A stretch of 64,000 nucleotides of DNA from Dehalococcoidia bacterium (GCA_963666865.1 OY763072.1:842572-906571); one strand, 5' to 3'; numbered from the stretch's first letter, positions 43,482-54,105 are shown. A program made the numbers and translations. Notes: generated by a model not told the origin, from the letters alone.

Positions 43482-43622
43482 TCAGTATTCGGATACATCC
43501 GACCGACCGGCTTTGCCGCGATTGCTGCGATACAGCAAGACAATCCGCCATACGCATGCCACGAAACCGATGGCGCCAAGACCCACCAGGGTCATGCCGA
43601 TGTACGGCGCAAATTGTTCCAT
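43482..43622 (-). CDS. very small membrane protein (46 aa)
   Basis: MEQFAPYIGMTLVGLGAIGFVACVWRIVLLY... Below the ORF-track cutoff, read by hand. Confidence 0.3.
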   Translation of the reverse strand: MEQFAPYIGMTLVGLGAIGFVACVWRIVLLYRSNRGKAGRSDVSEY

Positions 43623-43669
43623 GACGATTGTCCTCCCGTTTTGTTACTATGGTACAGCAGGATTGCGCA

Positions 43670-43927
43670 ATGCCGTACCTGCTCGACAGCCTGGCAAGGA
43701 GCGCACGCGCGATGAGTTGGATCAGCAACGCCGTAAGGAGCGCACGCGCGATGCGTTGGGTTACCAACGCAATCTTTTTCGTCGGGGTGCCCGCCGGCAT
43801 TGTTGCAGGGCTTGACGTGGGCGGGCAATGGGACGTTCCCGAGTGGCTCCTTTACACGTGCGCCCTGGCCATCGCAGTAGTCCTGGTAGCCGGGATAGCA
43901 GTGGTCATTTTCGCCAAGGCGGACTAG
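43670..43927 (+). CDS. small membrane protein with a 33-nt tandem repeat
   Basis: ARSARAMSWISNAV / RSARAMRWVTNA repeat (about 43696..43761), then two hydrophobic helices. Confidence 0.35.
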   Translation: MPYLLDSLARSARAMSWISNAVRSARAMRWVTNAIFFVGVPAGIVAGLDVGGQWDVPEWLLYTCALAIAVVLVAGIAVVIFAKAD

Positions 43928-46797
43928 CTGACTCCCGCCGTATCAGGGCCCGGCCCCGCCCGCTCCAGGTTCAGCGCCAGCAGTCGTTCCAGTATCTCCC
44001 CGTCCGCCAAATCGGCCGGCCAGCCATACGCCTCGGCAACGGCGGCATCCAGGGCGGCGTGGGCGTTGCTCAGCCAGGTGGGACGCTGGTTGTAGAGATT
44101 GGTCAGCGTGCGGCGGCGTCCGCCGAGGCGGACTCCGCTGAGGTCCGTCGGATTCAGCCAGTTCTCCCGCAGGCGGTTCAGCTCAGCGGCGGCCGCGACG
44201 ATGGCCTCCCGCTGCTCGCCGGCGGGATGGGGGAAGGGGAAGGTTTCAAAGCACGTTGTTGGCGTGTAGCGCAGTCCGCTCGTCGCTTCACGCAGCTGAG
44301 TACCCATCGCCGTCGCCCAGAGAATGTGTATTCGGCTTTGCAACACTCCAAAGAAATAATCGTCATCACGAGCGAACACAATAATAGTAGCGTCAGGCAA
44401 TACCTCACCATCAATCCAACGAAACATCCGGTGTCTGGACACCATGCTGGTGCCAACGTAGCGTCCTAAACCGGCCAATGCCTGCCGCATACCGGGGCGA
44501 GCCTCGGCATGTATCCACCACAGTTGAGCGTAACGTTTTCTTCTGTTTTGAATCCTGTCGGGCTTTACATTCGCCGCAACATACTCAAAGGGTGCCTCGT
44601 ACAGAGCGGCATCGGACTCCGGCATATCTACGCCGAAGTCAATTATCCACATATGCCGGGAGCGCTGGTTAATGTCTCTGCCTATCATCCAACGCCTGAT
44701 GACATCACTGTTTGGCTTGCCGTGAGGATTGGGGGCACTCAACATCTCCTTCGCAACTTCGCCAGTTATTTCAAAAGGACCAACCTTCGTATCCCCCATG
44801 AAACTGATACTTGCATTTTCTTCCAGCCTCCGCGCCAGCGCCAAATCAGCCCCTGCCGTCAAGTCAACATTGATATTTGTAACCGCATGACCGTCCAGAT
44901 AGCGGTCAGTATCGCTCCCGTCGTCAAAACAGACGATGGAGACATGCACGGCGGCTCCCTCCAGCACCCAATCCTTATCTGACATGGCGGCAAAAATATC
45001 GCCGGTCTCTTTGATGCGAGCAAGCACCGGCCGGTTAGACTGGAACCGTATTGCTTGTGTCGCCAACAGGCCGGTCCGCTTGGTAGCGCCCGATGCAATC
45101 TGGCCCCGCGCTTTTTCGAACCAATAGCAGCACAGGTCGCTGTAGTTGGGAATGCGGTTGCCGTAAAGCGAGTACGCTGCACTTACGTAGTCATCGCCTA
45201 GCGACTCACGAAAAGGGAAATGGCCCAAAAACGGCGGGTTCCCCACGATAAACTCCGCCGCCGGCCATTCCGGTTCCGCGGGATGCTCCGGGTTAGACAG
45301 GTCAAGAATAGCGTCGGTCTGGCGGATGGTATCCAGCGGGGTCAGTATCGGGCGGTGGGTGTAGGGGAAGCCGTTGGCCTGGTGCCATTGGATGTAGCCA
45401 ATCCAGAGGGCGGTGCGGGTCAGTTCGGCGGCGTAGTGGTTGATTTCGAGGCCCAGCATCTGGTCGGGCTGCACCGTGGGCGTCAGGCCATGCCAGCCCT
45501 GGGCCGCGGCGAAGTCGATGACCTGTTTCTCCAAATCCAGCAGCGAGCGCAGGGCCAGGTAGAGGAAGTTGCCGCTGCCGCAGGCCGGGTCCAGCACGCG
45601 CACGCCGGCCAGCCGCTTCTGGAACTCCTCCAGCCGTTGCCGCGCCGGCGTATCGTCAGAAGCAGGATTCGCCGGATTGGTGGGATTGACCGGATTGGGG
45701 GGTTCTCCATCATTGAACGGCTCCAATCCTGATAATCCTTCAAATCCCGAAAATCCTGCTTCTGACAAAAGCTCCTCAATCTCCCGCCGGGCGGCGTCCC
45801 ACTCCCGGCGTAGCGGCTCCATCACTACCGGGTCAATGACCAGCATGATGTCGTCGGCGCCGGTGTAGTGGGCGCCCAGTTGGGAGCGTTTGGAGGCGTC
45901 CAGGGCTCGCTCGAACAGGGTGCCGAATATGGACGGCTCGATGTTGCGCCAGTTCTTCTGGGTGGCTTCGCCCAGCCGTTGCAGGGCGGTGGCGCTCAAT
46001 TCCACCGTGTCCCCGGATCCTTGACCAAATCCCTTGAACAGGTCCCCGTTGAAGTGGGGAATCTCGTCGGCCCCGAACAGGCCGCCGCCGGCCATTTGGG
46101 CAAAGAGGTCGGCCACGGCCTGATTGAACAAGTCCTGGCGGCGGAACAGTTGGCGCACGGTACGGGTGAACAGTCCCTCGGGCAGCAGTCCGGCGTCCTC
46201 GGCGTAGAGGCAGAAGACAATCTGGTTGAGGTAGCGGGCCAGCCGTTCCGGCCCCGTATCGGAGTACGGGGTGACGTTGTCTATGCGGGCCTCCATGTCG
46301 GCCACGATGTCGCGGAACAGGTCGGCGGTTTCCTGGGTAACCTGCTCCACCGTGCGGTTGGGGCGGAACTCGGCCGGCGCGAAAAAGGCGTTGCGCAGCT
46401 TGTCCAGATGTTCGGGCCGGTCCAGCTCAGCGACGGGGATCACGTGGAGGATGGTTTCCAAGCCCGGAAAGTTGGTGCGTATCCGGATGGTGTCGAAAGA
46501 CGACACGATGAGCAGGGGCGGCGTTTTCAGATAGACCTGGTAGCGTAGCAACTGGTTGATGGCTTCCGGCAGCTGCGCGTCGCTGCTTTTGAACTCCCAG
46601 CCGAACCGCTCCTCCAGGTAGGCGTCGGCAAAGCCGCCGGGCACCGCCTTCTCGAAGGTGAAAACCTCCGGGTTGCCGTAGGCCACCGGCGTGGGATGAC
46701 CCACCAGGGCGCAGATGTCCAGGAACATCTCCTGCGACGCCTGCTTCTCGCCGAAAGTGACTCCCTGCCACTTGGCGATGAACTGCTGGGGAGTCAT
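43924..46797 (-). CDS. MmeI-like type IIL restriction-modification enzyme (nuclease plus N6-adenine methyltransferase in one chain)
   Basis: N-terminal GFADAYLEERFGWEFKS (D...ExK as in the MmeI family), LDPACGSGNFL (motif I), GNPPF (motif IV), 957 aa. GGAG lies 9 nt before ATG 46797. Confidence 0.8.
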   Translation of the reverse strand: MTPQQFIAKWQGVTFGEKQASQEMFLDICALVGHPTPVAYGNPEVFTFEKAVPGGFADAYLEERFGWEFKSSDAQLPEAINQLLRYQVYLKTPPLLIVSSFDTIRIRTNFPGLETILHVIPVAELDRPEHLDKLRNAFFAPAEFRPNRTVEQVTQETADLFRDIVADMEARIDNVTPYSDTGPERLARYLNQIVFCLYAEDAGLLPEGLFTRTVRQLFRRQDLFNQAVADLFAQMAGGGLFGADEIPHFNGDLFKGFGQGSGDTVELSATALQRLGEATQKNWRNIEPSIFGTLFERALDASKRSQLGAHYTGADDIMLVIDPVVMEPLRREWDAARREIEELLSEAGFSGFEGLSGLEPFNDGEPPNPVNPTNPANPASDDTPARQRLEEFQKRLAGVRVLDPACGSGNFLYLALRSLLDLEKQVIDFAAAQGWHGLTPTVQPDQMLGLEINHYAAELTRTALWIGYIQWHQANGFPYTHRPILTPLDTIRQTDAILDLSNPEHPAEPEWPAAEFIVGNPPFLGHFPFRESLGDDYVSAAYSLYGNRIPNYSDLCCYWFEKARGQIASGATKRTGLLATQAIRFQSNRPVLARIKETGDIFAAMSDKDWVLEGAAVHVSIVCFDDGSDTDRYLDGHAVTNINVDLTAGADLALARRLEENASISFMGDTKVGPFEITGEVAKEMLSAPNPHGKPNSDVIRRWMIGRDINQRSRHMWIIDFGVDMPESDAALYEAPFEYVAANVKPDRIQNRRKRYAQLWWIHAEARPGMRQALAGLGRYVGTSMVSRHRMFRWIDGEVLPDATIIVFARDDDYFFGVLQSRIHILWATAMGTQLREATSGLRYTPTTCFETFPFPHPAGEQREAIVAAAAELNRLRENWLNPTDLSGVRLGGRRRTLTNLYNQRPTWLSNAHAALDAAVAEAYGWPADLADGEILERLLALNLERAGPGPDTAGVS

Positions 46798-46880
46798 AAC
46801 CACGCTCCATGTTGAATGATGCAAAGTCTGGGAGTTATGCTACCATTGACTGACGATTACTGCTGGACGGGTACTTAATT

Positions 46881-47237
46881 ATGGCATCGTTATCCTTGAG
46901 CTCTGAAACTGCCACGGTAAGCGAGTTGTTGGAACGGGCCCGGCAGGTTTTAAAAACTGACCCACCGGAGTCGCCGGCGTTGCTGCTTGCGGCGGTTAAC
47001 AAAACCCTGGCAGAGATAGCGCCCGGCGAGGATCCCGCCGCCGCCATCAAGCGATTGGCCTCAAAGTGGAACCGCTGGGGGATTGAGGCCGGCTACGAAT
47101 CCTTGCTGTACTACTACGAGGACAGCCTTGACCCGATCAGATTCAGCTTCTGGCAAGCGCCAGGATGGGAATGGGAAACTCATTTTTGGGAAGTAGCAGA
47201 CGATTTGGTCAGGATCCTGCAAGAAGGCAATGGCTGA
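46881..47237 (+). CDS. small hypothetical protein, upstream partner of the next gene
   Basis: 118 aa. ATGGCTGA overlap with the next ORF. Confidence 0.45.
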   Translation: MASLSLSSETATVSELLERARQVLKTDPPESPALLLAAVNKTLAEIAPGEDPAAAIKRLASKWNRWGIEAGYESLLYYYEDSLDPIRFSFWQAPGWEWETHFWEVADDLVRILQEGNG

Positions 47238-47679
47238 CCGGATTCCAGAGGATTACCTCCAATCGGCCCGGCGTCGCTTGGACAACGCCGCTGACTTGTA
47301 CCGGCAGGCATCAACTCGCCACTACGACGATGCTTTTCTCGAGCTGGCAGACGTGGCAATGCTGATATGGAGCGCCGGCATAGACGTACTGTCGGTGCTG
47401 ATGCTTCTTGATGGCCACACGCGTTTAGGCACATCCAGCGAGCGGCATCATTATCTGCGCTACGGTCTGCACACTCTTTATCCGCAACGGGATTTACGGT
47501 TTGCCTGGTCGCGGCTGGCAATGTTGCACAATTTCCAGCATAACCTGGATTTGCCGGAGCCGCAGTTTATAACAGCGTGCCACCGTAGCGGCCAGTTAAT
47601 CGGCGAACTCAACGGCCTGCTCCCCGCCAATCTGCGTTTGCCGGCGGAATCCTACACTTGGTTGCAGAACGTGCAGTAG
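47230..47679 (+). CDS. helical hypothetical protein, possibly HEPN-like
   Basis: 149 aa; SARRRLDNAADLY...RLAMLH (R-x4-H). Weak assignment. Confidence 0.4.
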   Translation: MADRIPEDYLQSARRRLDNAADLYRQASTRHYDDAFLELADVAMLIWSAGIDVLSVLMLLDGHTRLGTSSERHHYLRYGLHTLYPQRDLRFAWSRLAMLHNFQHNLDLPEPQFITACHRSGQLIGELNGLLPANLRLPAESYTWLQNVQ

Positions 47680-48927
47680 TTACTTAACCACCCGCACGAA
47701 CCGCCGCCGGCCGGCCCGCACTACGTCCCCCGCCGCCAGCGCCGGCGCCTCGCCGGACGCCACGGGCACCCGCTCGCCATCACTGCGTATCACTTCCACC
47801 GCGCCCTGGCTCACCAGCCGGCGCGCCTCGCTGTTGCTGGACGCCAGGCCGGTTTGTACCAACAGGTGGTTGACGGGCAGGCCGGCCACGTCGGCCAGGG
47901 CGACCTCCGGCATTTCGTCGGGCAGGTCGCGGCGCTGGACCACCTGCTCAAAATTGGCCTCGGCAGCGTTGGCAGCATCGGCGTCGTGGAAGATGGCGGT
48001 GATGCGGCGCGCCAGCCCTTTCTTAAAGTCCATGGGGTTGGCCGTTTCCGACTCCATCGCCTGCTGCATCTCGGCGATGTCGGCGTCGGGCACGTCGGTC
48101 AGGTACTCGTAGTAGGACGTGATCAGGCTGTCGGGCAGGGACATGAGCTTGCCGTACATGTCCTGGGGCGGCTCTTCCAGCGCGACGTAGTTGTCCAGGC
48201 TCTTGCTCATCTTCTGGACGCCGTCGGTGCCGACGAGAATGGGCATCATGAAGCACTGTTGTGGCGTCTGGCCCATCATGCCCTGCAACTCCCGGCCCAC
48301 CAGCAGGTTGAACATCTGGTCGGTGCCGCCGAATTCCACGTCAGATTCTATGACTACGGAGTCGTAGGCTTGCATCAGGGGATACAGCATCTCGGTGATG
48401 GCGATGGGCTGGTTCTGCGAGTAACGGTTGGCGAAGTCCTCCCGGTGCAGAAACTGGTTGATGGTGAAACGGCTGGTCAGCTCGATGACGTTGGCCAGGG
48501 TGAATTCGCCGAACCACTGGCTTTGCCACTCAACTTGCGTCCGTTCCCGGTCAACTACCTTGAAGAACTGGCGCATGTAGGACTCGGCGTTTTCCAGCAC
48601 CTCGGCGTGGGTGAGCATGGTGCGGGTCGCCGAGCGTCCCGAGGGGTCGCCGATCTGCGCCGTCCAGTCGCCGACGATGAGGATGACCTGGTGGCCCAGG
48701 TCCTGCAATTGGCGCAGCTTGCGGAGGCCCACCACGTGGCCCAGGTGGATGTCGGGCCGGCTGGGGTCGAAGCCCATCTTGAGGCGCAGGGGACGGCCAC
48801 GCTGCAGCATGGCCGTGAACTCCTCTTCGGAGATGATGCGGCTCACCCCGCGCCGGGTGATGGTGGACAGGTTTTCGGGGATCTGTACTTGGCTGGTCAA
48901 CACACACCTCGTATGCCGGGTCATCAA
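47680..48927 (-). CDS. tyrS: tyrosyl-tRNA synthetase
   Basis: HLGH and KMSKS class I motifs, C-terminal S4-like domain. The exact start is uncertain. Confidence 0.9.
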   Translation of the reverse strand: MMTRHTRCVLTSQVQIPENLSTITRRGVSRIISEEEFTAMLQRGRPLRLKMGFDPSRPDIHLGHVVGLRKLRQLQDLGHQVILIVGDWTAQIGDPSGRSATRTMLTHAEVLENAESYMRQFFKVVDRERTQVEWQSQWFGEFTLANVIELTSRFTINQFLHREDFANRYSQNQPIAITEMLYPLMQAYDSVVIESDVEFGGTDQMFNLLVGRELQGMMGQTPQQCFMMPILVGTDGVQKMSKSLDNYVALEEPPQDMYGKLMSLPDSLITSYYEYLTDVPDADIAEMQQAMESETANPMDFKKGLARRITAIFHDADAANAAEANFEQVVQRRDLPDEMPEVALADVAGLPVNHLLVQTGLASSNSEARRLVSQGAVEVIRSDGERVPVASGEAPALAAGDVVRAGRRRFVRVVK

Positions 48928-48939
48928 TTGACCGGCGGA

Positions 48940-49926
48940 TTAGGCGTGGTCCAGCCGGTCGTGTTCCTCAAGAATGGAGCGGGCGTTCGCCACGTCCCGG
49001 TTCATCTGCGTGATGAGCGCCTCGATGCCGTCAAAGGTTTCCTGTCCCCGGAGGCGGGAGACAAACTCCAGGCGCAGGTTCTCGTCGTAAATGTCGTCGG
49101 AGAAGTCCAGCAGGTGGGCCTCGATGAGGCGCTGGCTCAGGCCGAAAGTGGGCCGCACGCCGATGCTGGTAGCCGCCATGTGGCGCACGCCGTTCACCGT
49201 GGCGTAGGTGGCGTACACGCCATCGGCAGGGATCACAAAGTTCTGCGTCGGGATGATATTGGCCGTAGGGAAGCCCAGTTGCCGTCCCATCTTCGCCCCA
49301 TGCACTACCACGCCGTCGGTGGCGTAGGGACGGCCCAGCAGGTATTCCGCGCCGTCCACGTTGCCGTCGGCCAGGGCGTTGCGCACGCGGCGGCTTCGAA
49401 TGGCGGAGCCTTCCAGTTCCAGCGGCGGGACGGTTTCCACCCAGAAACCCATGGCTTGACCGCGCCGCCGCAGGTATTCCAGGTTGCCGCTGCGGTTGCG
49501 GCCCAGGGCGAAATCCGGCCCGGTCACGATGCCGCGCATGTGCAGGCAGTCCACCAGCAGATGCGTAAATTCGTTGGCGTCAAGGTTGGCCAGGTCGTTG
49601 GTGAACTCGACGCAGATGACACAGCCCACGCCGGCGTCGTAGAGGAGGCTCACCTTCTCCTCGGGGGTGATGATCTTGGTGACGGTGCGCTCCGGGTTCA
49701 CCACCTCGGCCGGATGGTTGCTGAAGGTGATGACGGTGGAAACAAGCGGCGGCGCCGCCAATTCAAACATCCGCTGGAGGAGATGCCGGTGCCCGCGATG
49801 CACACCGTCGAACACCCCAATGGTGATGATAGTGCCAGCGCCGAGAGGGGGCGCGGCTTCGGCCAATGCCTGGCGAAACGCCTCGCCGCCGGGCGTCCGT
49901 GGTTGGGCGTTTTGCGGAGTGGACAT
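48940..49926 (-). CDS. ribF: bifunctional riboflavin kinase / FAD synthetase
   Basis: GVFDGVHRGH, and GFPTANI in the kinase half. ATG 49926 chosen within ORF 48940..50001. Confidence 0.9.
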   Translation of the reverse strand: MSTPQNAQPRTPGGEAFRQALAEAAPPLGAGTIITIGVFDGVHRGHRHLLQRMFELAAPPLVSTVITFSNHPAEVVNPERTVTKIITPEEKVSLLYDAGVGCVICVEFTNDLANLDANEFTHLLVDCLHMRGIVTGPDFALGRNRSGNLEYLRRRGQAMGFWVETVPPLELEGSAIRSRRVRNALADGNVDGAEYLLGRPYATDGVVVHGAKMGRQLGFPTANIIPTQNFVIPADGVYATYATVNGVRHMAATSIGVRPTFGLSQRLIEAHLLDFSDDIYDENLRLEFVSRLRGQETFDGIEALITQMNRDVANARSILEEHDRLDHA

Positions 49927-50101
49927 TGCTGCGTGGCTGACCGGCGAACCGAATGGGCAAACGTCACGGAAGCCGCAGTTGGCGCGGTGCGCCCAGCGCA
50001 TGATTGGTCAAGAGTACGGGCTAATATCCACTGCGGCGCAGTATAGCGGCAACGATGGTAGCACACCCCCGGCAACCGGGCAAGCATGAACGGGAGCCGA
50101 G

Positions 50102-51290
50102 GCAGGGCTATCGCATATGAAAAATTGAGGTGTCAGGTAAGATAGCGTCCAAACTGCTGAGGTGGGGAGGACACCATGAGCGAGCTAGCGGACGTATTTG
50201 GCGATTTGGAAGACCCTCGGGCCGTCAATGCGCGTCTCCATTCCCTGCACGACATTCTGGTCATCGCTCTATGCACCATCGTCTGCGGCGGTCAGACTTG
50301 CACCGACATGGAGCTTTTCGGGCATTCCAAACGGGAGTTTCTGGAGTCCTTTCTGAATCTGGAAAACGGCATTCCCAGCCACGACACTTTCTCCCGGGTG
50401 CTGGGCAAACTGGATCCGGAAGCTTTCCAGCGGTGGTTTTTGAGGTTCATGGAACAGTTCGCTCAAGGGGTTCAGGGAGTGGTGGCCATGGACGGGAAGA
50501 CCTTGCGGCGTTCTTACGACCACGCGGCAGGACAGTCCGCCCTGCATCTGGTCAGCGCTTGGGCGGAAGAGCGGCGCCTGGTGTTGGGACAATTGGCCGT
50601 TGACGACAAGTCCAACGAGATTACGGCGTTGCCCAAGCTGTTGGAAATGTTGACCTTGCAAGGCAAGGTGGTTACCGTCGATGCCCTGAATTGTCAGCGT
50701 CAGATTGCTCAGCAAGTGATTGACCAGGAGGGCGACTACGCGCTAGCGTTGAAAGGCAATCAAGGTACGCTCTACGACGATGTAAAACTGTTTCTGGACG
50801 ACGCGGACACGCCGGCAGCTCAGGCCACCCAGGTCAGCAAGGGCCACGGACACATTGAAACCCGCACCGCCAGTATTAGCGACGACGTAGCCTGGCTGCA
50901 GGAATGGCACGACTGGCCGGGCTTGCAGGCCGTGGGTAAAGTAACAGCGGTCCGCCGTAAAGACGGCGACACCAGCGAGGAAACTCGTTATTACCTGCTG
51001 AGCCAGGCCTTCCCGCCGGAGCATTGCAACGACATCGTGCGCGGCCATTGGGGCATTGAGAACCGGCTGCATTGGGTATTGGACGTAACCTGCAACGAAG
51101 ACCAGGCGCGGAACCGGAAAGGGCATGGCGCGGAGAACCTGGCGTTGCTGCGTAAGTTGGCGCTGAATCTGGCGCGGTTGGAACCAAGCAAGGGGTCCAT
51201 GCGGGGCAAACTGAAACGGGCCGGTTGGGACAACTGCTTCCTCATCAACATCCTCTCCCAATTCACCAAAATCCATATGCGATAGCCCTG
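50102..51290 (+). mobile_element. ISAs1-family insertion sequence, apparently intact
   Basis: Perfect 17-bp inverted repeats cagggctatcgcatatg (50102..50118) and catatgcgatagccctg (51274..51290). Confidence 0.9.
50176..51285 (+). CDS. ISAs1-family (H-repeat-associated) transposase
   Basis: 369 aa uninterrupted; DPR...H.L.DIL, AMDGKTLRRS, DALNCQ and HWGIENRLHWVLDV motifs. Confidence 0.9.
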   Translation: MSELADVFGDLEDPRAVNARLHSLHDILVIALCTIVCGGQTCTDMELFGHSKREFLESFLNLENGIPSHDTFSRVLGKLDPEAFQRWFLRFMEQFAQGVQGVVAMDGKTLRRSYDHAAGQSALHLVSAWAEERRLVLGQLAVDDKSNEITALPKLLEMLTLQGKVVTVDALNCQRQIAQQVIDQEGDYALALKGNQGTLYDDVKLFLDDADTPAAQATQVSKGHGHIETRTASISDDVAWLQEWHDWPGLQAVGKVTAVRRKDGDTSEETRYYLLSQAFPPEHCNDIVRGHWGIENRLHWVLDVTCNEDQARNRKGHGAENLALLRKLALNLARLEPSKGSMRGKLKRAGWDNCFLINILSQFTKIHMR

Positions 51291-51659
51291 GGCCATCGTC
51301 AGACGCAAACGACCGGGGTCAAGCGCATTGGCGCCCCCGGTTCCTAGTAGGGGACCTCGCGCCGGCGCCCGCTCCCCAATTTGAGCAAACACGCCCGGTG
51401 GCAGCATCCTTCGCTTGTTATCGGTTCGCGGCCGCTGCGTCTTCCGTTGGAGTTGAAGGGCGGCGGCGGCTCGCGTTGCTGACCCGGTAACGGATCATAT
51501 CGTTACGCACATCAATATATGCTATTGATAACCTTTAGCATATCAGTATATTTTATATCGGCAAACAATCCTGAAACGCAACAAGTGCGCATGGCAATCA
51601 AAGCGAACCGGCGAGCGTCGTCGGGGCCTGGTTGACCGTGAACGCGACATGGAGGCCAC

Positions 51660-52553
51660 ATGAATACGACGTACCGCCCGGTGATCAAAATTCCGCTGCT
51701 AGTCGCGGCGACAGTGGCCGCTTTCCTGGCAGTCGCGCTGCTGGCGTCGCCAGCCCTGGCTCTGGAACCCACGCTGGAGCCGAGAGCTGAGCATGACGCG
51801 GAACCTACGACGCCCGAACCCACCGGGCTGACCGTTGACGACCAGCAGGGTTCCCTTGCGGTAGCGGTGGACTGGAACGACGTGGCTGGGGCGGACCATT
51901 ACCTGGTGCGGTGGGGGTTGGCGGATCACGACGAGGGGCTCAATGACGAAGTGGAGGTACAGTCCTCCCAGGCAGAGATCACCCTAGCGAACTACGGCGC
52001 CTGGATAGTGCGGGTTCAAGCGTGCGACGACGGAGGATGCGGGAGTCCCGCAGCAAAGGGGTTTGAGGTCAAGTCGGATGCCAATCCCGCACCGTCCTTC
52101 CCGGTTGCGACCAGCGGCCTGTCGTTCCAGGAGGGCGAGGAGATTACCGAGACCACACTGCCCGAGGGGCTGTCCTTCGACCCGGCGACCCGCGACATCA
52201 CCGGCGCGCCGACCGCGGCCGGCGGCTATTCCATGACCCATACCGCCTCCGACGCGGACGGCGACGAGGCATCATTTGTTTTCACCACAACCGTGGACGC
52301 GACGACGGAGCGGTCCGCTGGGCAACGGCAAATACGGACCTTTATCGGCTGGGCAGAACTGTCCAGGCGCACGCCCGACAATCTCAGCGTCTCCCGCAAA
52401 CAGCTCGCTTCCCAGTCGAGTCCTGAGATGGTCATATCCTGGGATGCGCTTGGGAGGAATGGCATTGTCCATCAGAATGGGGCCTATGAACTAGCGGGTT
52501 ACCCGGCACAGTTGTCTCGCGTCAACCCGATTTGCCGAATTGTCATCGATTAG
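51660..52553 (+). CDS. secreted protein with FN3-like and putative Ig-like (He_PIG-type) segments; the C-terminal third looks non-native
   Basis: Signal peptide IPLLVAATVAAFLAVALLASPALA; LPEGLSFDPATRDITGAPTAAGGYSMT. AT-rich promoter-like region upstream. Confidence 0.5.
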   Translation: MNTTYRPVIKIPLLVAATVAAFLAVALLASPALALEPTLEPRAEHDAEPTTPEPTGLTVDDQQGSLAVAVDWNDVAGADHYLVRWGLADHDEGLNDEVEVQSSQAEITLANYGAWIVRVQACDDGGCGSPAAKGFEVKSDANPAPSFPVATSGLSFQEGEEITETTLPEGLSFDPATRDITGAPTAAGGYSMTHTASDADGDEASFVFTTTVDATTERSAGQRQIRTFIGWAELSRRTPDNLSVSRKQLASQSSPEMVISWDALGRNGIVHQNGAYELAGYPAQLSRVNPICRIVID

Positions 52554-52689
52554 TTTTGCAGGTTCACCTCCTCTGACTGGCCCCGCTGCTGGGCTGCATC
52601 AGTCCGATAGCTGGGGACGCCGAACTCGAGGATGACGGCGTGGGTGCCAGCGCCACCTACGAGGCGCAGATGAGAGCCGTTTATAGACC

Positions 52690-53092
52690 GGCTCCGCCGC
52701 CTTCGTGCCTCCGCCTCCGGAAGACATCCCCGCCCTGCTGGACGACCTGATGGCCTTTTGCAACGACGACGGGCTATCTCCCTTGGCCCAGGCCGCCATT
52801 GCTCACGCCCAGTTCGAAACCATCCACCCCTTCGTGGATGGCAACGGGCGCGCCGGATGGTCACTGGTTCACCTGGTGCTGCGCCGACGTGGGATAGCAA
52901 CGCGGTTTCGGCCGCCGGTCTCCCTGGTCCTGGCGACGTGGGCAGAGGACTACGTAACGGGGCTTACGACCACTCGCTACGTCGGCGAACCCAGGCTCGG
53001 AGGCTGCCCACAAGGGCATGAATCGCTGGGTCGCCTTCTTTCCCGGAGCGTGCCGGCGAGCGGTGTCGGACGCCCGACAGTTCGAGGATCCG
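52690..53092 (+). pseudogene. Fic-domain protein remnant (N-terminal part missing, 3' end run into IS)
   Basis: AAFVPPPPEDIPALLDDLMAF...AHAQFETIHPFVDGNGRAG (Fic HPFxDGNGR motif). Stop at 52684..52686 in the same frame just upstream. Confidence 0.75.
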
Positions 53093-53207
53093 GGCCAGCT
53101 GAGATAGCGGGGTGAAGTGAGACCATGCTGGGCGAGCGATCCGACCAGAGGGGCCTGTGGGAGGCGGACCAGTTGTACTTGGATCTGGTGGGTAAGGACA
53201 CGTTCTA

Positions 53208-53222
53208 TCCGCCCATGGCGGA
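53208..53222. repeat. TCCGCC-N3-GGCGGA palindrome (loop CAT) in IS1182-like tnp
   Basis: tccgcccatggcgga, at frame switch 1. Confidence 0.9.
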
Positions 53223-53617
53223 CTGGCCTCGTTGCGGGGCCAGCTGTTCCGCGACGCCGACTTCGCCGAGCTGTACTGCCTGGACAATGGCCGGGTCAGC
53301 GTGCCGCCCAGCCTCCTGGCCACGGCGCTGCTGTTGCAGACCCACGACAAGGTGAGCGACGCCGAGGCCAAGGCTCGGGCCGACTTCGACATCCGGTGGA
53401 AGGTGGCGTTGGGGATTGAGATCGAGGATCGGCCCTTTGCCAAGAGCACACTGCAGGTGTTCCGTGCCCAGTTGATCCTGCACGACAAGGTGCGTGAGGT
53501 GTTCGAGCAGAGCCTGCGGTTGGCCCGTGAGGCCGGCTACCTGAAGGGAAAGCGTGGGATGCGGGTGGCGATGGACACGACGTACATCCTGGGACGCGGT
53601 GCGGTGAAGGACACCTA

Positions 53618-53632
53618 CCCGCCTGAGGCGGA
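53618..53632. repeat. (C)CCGCC-N3-GGCGGA palindrome (loop TGA) in IS1182-like tnp
   Basis: cccgcctgaggcgga, at frame switch 2. Confidence 0.9.
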
Positions 53633-54105
53633 TTGGCCGACGGCATCGTGAAGCTGATGCGGGCTTTGGCGGCGGTGGAGGGTATTCCGATGCGGCGCTG
53701 GGCGGAGGGCCACGGTTACAAACGCTACGTGGGCAGCAGCGTGAAGGGAGAGGCGGCCATCGACTGGTCCAACCGTCGGGCGCGGCGGAGGCTGTTGGGA
53801 CAGATTGTGGCGGATGCCGACCGGCTGCTGGAATTGGCCCGTCAGGCCCAGGACGCGTTGGACGCCGACAGCGCCGAGCGGCAGGCGATAGTTGACGCGG
53901 CGGAGTTGCTGGGCCAATTACTGCTCCAGGACGTGAAGCGTGGTGACGACGACGATAATGGTGACGGCGGGGTGAGCCTGAAAGAGGGTGTGAGCAAGGA
54001 CCGGATGGTGTCGGTGCACGATCCGGAGATGCGCCACGGCCACAAGAGCAAGAGCAAGAGCAAGCGCTTTGACGGGCACAAGGCCGCGGTGGTGGTGGAC
54101 ACCGA

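Noticed and set aside
44118-44133. gtccgccgaggcggac palindrome inside the MmeI-like gene
   Set aside because: The spacing is different (5-6 bp stem with a 4-nt or 2-nt loop; 14-nt core), it is in frame (VRLGG), and the gene is intact. It is not counted among the TCCGCC-N3-GGCGGA copies. Other GC palindromes were likewise treated as ordinary coding sequence: 10501 cggcgg..ccgccg; 31021 accgcc..ggcggt; 41461 and 42121 in the mutase; 54386 cctgtcc-ggcg-ggacagg.
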